A stretch of DNA of 64,000 nucleotides, taken from positions 39,561-103,560 of the IMG/VR virus record IMGVR_UViG_3300042356_001708, one strand, 5' to 3'. The notes under the pieces are model-generated. The model made no database searches, was not told where the DNA came from, and saw nothing but the letters and a program-made list of their open reading frames with translations. How positions within the stretch are numbered: position 1 is the first letter of the stretch; every line of letters starts with the position of its first letter. Positions 61,134 through 64,000 of this stretch are shown here, one piece after another. The stretch comes from a virus. The translations under genes and the position numbers were made by a program.

Positions 61134-63668
61134 ATGGCTCAAATATTAATCACCAACTATACCGGTACAGTAACTTCGGATATTGTGGTATGTGAAGCTA
61201 ATCCAGGACCAACAATTGGGACTTGTTATAATTTAGCAACATTATATGGAACTGCTGGTCAAATATCCCCAACAACACCATTACCCGCTTGGTATACGTT
61301 ACCAAATGACTTTGATTATGACACATATTGTTATATTCAATTATCGGCGAGTACGACATTAGTCACAGTTCCCCAATTAATTCAATGCGGAGTAGTGCCG
61401 GAAGAAACTTGGGGATTTGAATCTTGTGGACAACCACTCAATAAAAATATTTATGTATTTTATGATACATCAGGTTCTTATCCTGACGGAATAAATATTA
61501 CGGGGGAAACTTATGAAACTTTAAGTGGAGCATCTCAATCTATTAGAAATTGGTATTTTGGATTAGTACAAAATAGTGGGTATACAGGACAATTATTTGA
61601 AATACCTGTTGCTAATGAAAGATATATAAATTGGGCATGTTACCCTTATTTAGGGTCAACTACTGGAGGAACACTATCAGACTCATCTACGGTTCAAATT
61701 CAAATGGGTAGAATTACACATGCTAGTAATGGTCCCCAAGGGCCTACCGCAACTGCAATATGGACAAGTCCTATTGTTGAAAGAATTGCGTTAGGTTTAG
61801 ATTTACAGACAGGATTCCCTTTTCCTTCCGCACCTGGATATAGTTTAGGAGTACCCTTCAACCACGATAATTATAATAGTATTGGTTGTAAATTAGGTGA
61901 GTTTGCTGGTGGGGATACTAATTATATTGCAATCATGGTGTTGAATGAAGTTGGACAAACGGGAGGAGATTGTTCGCCTATTTCTAATAATGGAGGAGCG
62001 GACTTTATACAACCATATTTTACTTTTGAAAACAACCCATCAAATAATAGTTTCATACATTTGTCAAATAGTTCAGGACAATTAAACCCAAGTAACCCTT
62101 TATCCTCAATTTATGTTCCTGATTATTGCGGACCGGTATTTTCCTCAAGCCCTTCAATTAGGAGAGATTATGAATCTTGGTTAAAAGTTTGGGAGGATGT
62201 TGAGATAAATCTTAATGGATTTGCTAAAGCGTTTTTATTCCCGGTACCAACAAAAAGAGTTACCGCTCAAATCATTGATGAGTTTCCAAATAATCCTGCG
62301 GTAAACCGTTATGACGGGGCTCCCAATGGATTTGGGACGCTTTATCAAGCAATTGAAATTATTGAGGGAGAAGTACCGCAGGCCCCCTCGTTCTTCCAAT
62401 CAAATTATTGTGAAGGAATTTTTGGTAGTACAAACACTGTGTGGCCTTATCCTAATAAACGTTATAATGAGTTTTCGGCGTATACATATTGCCAAGGTCA
62501 ATATTATGACTTTAGTCCATTGAGTTATTATAATAAGTTTACAGTATTCACTGGAACTACCGCTTATTCAAACTTACCTACACAGTATAAAAATGGTGCG
62601 GGTTTGAAAAATTTTGGATGGACAGTTGACGCAACTATTACGGGATTTACACAATCGTTAGTTGAAAATGACCTTAACGGTTATTTAAATACTGTTTTAG
62701 CGGGAACTAAAATATACTCAACTACTGAACCCTCAGGTGCTAATGAAGGTAATGTGTATACACTTCAAGATTTTGAAGGTTGTTGGACATATACCGGACC
62801 AAGACTTGATGGACAACCTAGTTATGTTAATGTGAACACAATATATGAATTTACAAGTTGTGAAGAATGTCAAGGAGATGTAGACCCACAAATTGTTTCA
62901 TTTAAATATAACGGATATAAAAACTCTTTCCAAACTGGTGGTATTGTATCAACTGGAGGAACCCAAGACGCTAAAATTGCAATACATGGAATACCTTTTG
63001 ATAGTGTTGACATTCAGATGACTTGGCCACTATCCTTAGGTTCAGACATTGCGGGAGGGTTATTCTATTTAGACCACCCATCAACGTGGACACAATACAC
63101 TATGGGTGTAACTACCGCAATAACAGTGACATTAGATGCTTATGGAATTCATGAAATCAATTGGAGATTGTTAAATGGGGGTTCAGGATATGAATACATT
63201 AATTTTGAAATTACCGGTACAACAAGTTTGGCAACAATTACTCCAGCTTTAAGTGAATTATATTTAACGGATGCGGATAATGGTGACTTATCGCCTAATC
63301 CGAGTACGTATTCTTTAGTTTTATGTAAATATCCTTCAGGATTACTGTTTAATTATATAATGGTTGTTGGGGAATCATCGGTAACTGCGACAACTAGTGG
63401 GGATGCTTGTTCATCATTTGCAATTGATAAATCTTATTTAATAAACGGGTTATCAAATACGGCCACCTATCAGGACTTTTTAACTCATAATTTAATTTCA
63501 AATCCATTGGTTTTAAAAGATGGCCAAACAGTTGCTCCTATTAACGGAAGTAATAATTGGATTGCGGTTACCATAGGTATGTATTACGTTGATGGGTACT
63601 CATTTAAGAAACTTGCGTTACAAATTAACAGTTTAGGAACAATAATAAACATTGTAGAATGTCCATAA
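61134..63668 (+). CDS. Cys-rich appendage protein with a vWA/MIDAS-like motif
   Basis: IYVFYDTSGS (DxSxS after a hydrophobic strand); TATTTAT upstream. Confidence 0.55.
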   Translation: MAQILITNYTGTVTSDIVVCEANPGPTIGTCYNLATLYGTAGQISPTTPLPAWYTLPNDFDYDTYCYIQLSASTTLVTVPQLIQCGVVPEETWGFESCGQPLNKNIYVFYDTSGSYPDGINITGETYETLSGASQSIRNWYFGLVQNSGYTGQLFEIPVANERYINWACYPYLGSTTGGTLSDSSTVQIQMGRITHASNGPQGPTATAIWTSPIVERIALGLDLQTGFPFPSAPGYSLGVPFNHDNYNSIGCKLGEFAGGDTNYIAIMVLNEVGQTGGDCSPISNNGGADFIQPYFTFENNPSNNSFIHLSNSSGQLNPSNPLSSIYVPDYCGPVFSSSPSIRRDYESWLKVWEDVEINLNGFAKAFLFPVPTKRVTAQIIDEFPNNPAVNRYDGAPNGFGTLYQAIEIIEGEVPQAPSFFQSNYCEGIFGSTNTVWPYPNKRYNEFSAYTYCQGQYYDFSPLSYYNKFTVFTGTTAYSNLPTQYKNGAGLKNFGWTVDATITGFTQSLVENDLNGYLNTVLAGTKIYSTTEPSGANEGNVYTLQDFEGCWTYTGPRLDGQPSYVNVNTIYEFTSCEECQGDVDPQIVSFKYNGYKNSFQTGGIVSTGGTQDAKIAIHGIPFDSVDIQMTWPLSLGSDIAGGLFYLDHPSTWTQYTMGVTTAITVTLDAYGIHEINWRLLNGGSGYEYINFEITGTTSLATITPALSELYLTDADNGDLSPNPSTYSLVLCKYPSGLLFNYIMVVGESSVTATTSGDACSSFAIDKSYLINGLSNTATYQDFLTHNLISNPLVLKDGQTVAPINGSNNWIAVTIGMYYVDGYSFKKLALQINSLGTIINIVECP

Positions 63669-63688
63669 AAAAATAAAAAAATAAAAAA

Positions 63689-64000
63689 ATGCCATACGTT
63701 TATATAACATCATTTTCGGGACCACCGGCAACAATTTCAGTTTGTGATACGTTAACTGGAACAATTTGCTATACTTACCCAACGCAACTTACAGATTTGG
63801 GACCATTCCCATTTATCATAAATTTACCACCTGATTTTAATGAGGTTGGTGGTATAACGTTGACCGCACAATCGGATAATGGATGTTCCATTGTAGACTC
63901 TACTATCTGTTCAATATTACCAACACCATCGGCGACTTCAGGGCCGGTACCTTGTTTTGAGGTTGTTATTAATGGTGATTTTGATGGAAGTTTATCAGGA
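63689..64000 (+). CDS. 3'-truncated Cys-containing appendage protein
   Basis: Manual translation MPYVYITSFSGPPATISVCDTLTGTICYTYP...LPPDF... open to the window end. Not in the ORF track. Confidence 0.75.
   Translation, partial: MPYVYITSFSGPPATISVCDTLTGTICYTYPTQLTDLGPFPFIINLPPDFNEVGGITLTAQSDNGCSIVDSTICSILPTPSATSGPVPCFEVVINGDFDGSLSG

Noticed and set aside
1-64000. Stop-codon reassignment, as in some large Bacteroidota phages
   Set aside because: Standard-code ORFs tile the window, including genes over 5 kb. TGA and TAG (6733-6735, minus strand) both end genes at sensible positions.
1-64000. CRISPR array, tRNA genes, diversity-generating retroelement
   Set aside because: No repeat-spacer array, cloverleaf or reverse transcriptase seen; intergenic gaps are short. 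By-eye check only.

Overview
The whole window is a gene-dense, AT-rich segment of a large contractile-tailed (myovirus-type) phage genome using the standard genetic code. The host is probably a Bacteroidota bacterium: TTTG-N19/20-TAnnTTTG promoters precede the replication genes, leaders are A-rich without obvious Shine-Dalgarno motifs, and a virion protein carries SprB-type repeats. Left to right: the end of a glycosyltransferase cluster (GT10-like, NodZ/GT23-like, methyltransferase-HtrL-GT fusion); family B DNA polymerase; a minus-strand block (neck protein, Mn-type SOD fused to a nuclease-like domain, SNF2 helicase); neck, tail and hub genes; a replication block (gp32-like SSB, RecA/UvsX, 5'-3' exonuclease, DnaB-like helicase, nrdB, nrdA); baseplate wedge genes; and large Cys-, Thr- and Pro-rich appendage proteins. 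Main leads: (1) a candidate phage-encoded virion O-glycosylation system (GT cluster, a recurrent [S/T]-G-x-[S/T] motif in virion proteins, mucin-like PT tracts); (2) an SOD-nuclease-like fusion with putative prohead-protease sites; (3) a likely +1 frameshift at UUU_UUU_CGU in the tail chaperone; (4) a strand-following TATTTAT late-promoter motif; (5) two small ORFs missing from the ORF track (an RHH protein with a palindromic operator and a zinc-finger-like peptide). All calls come from motif recognition by eye; no database searches were run.
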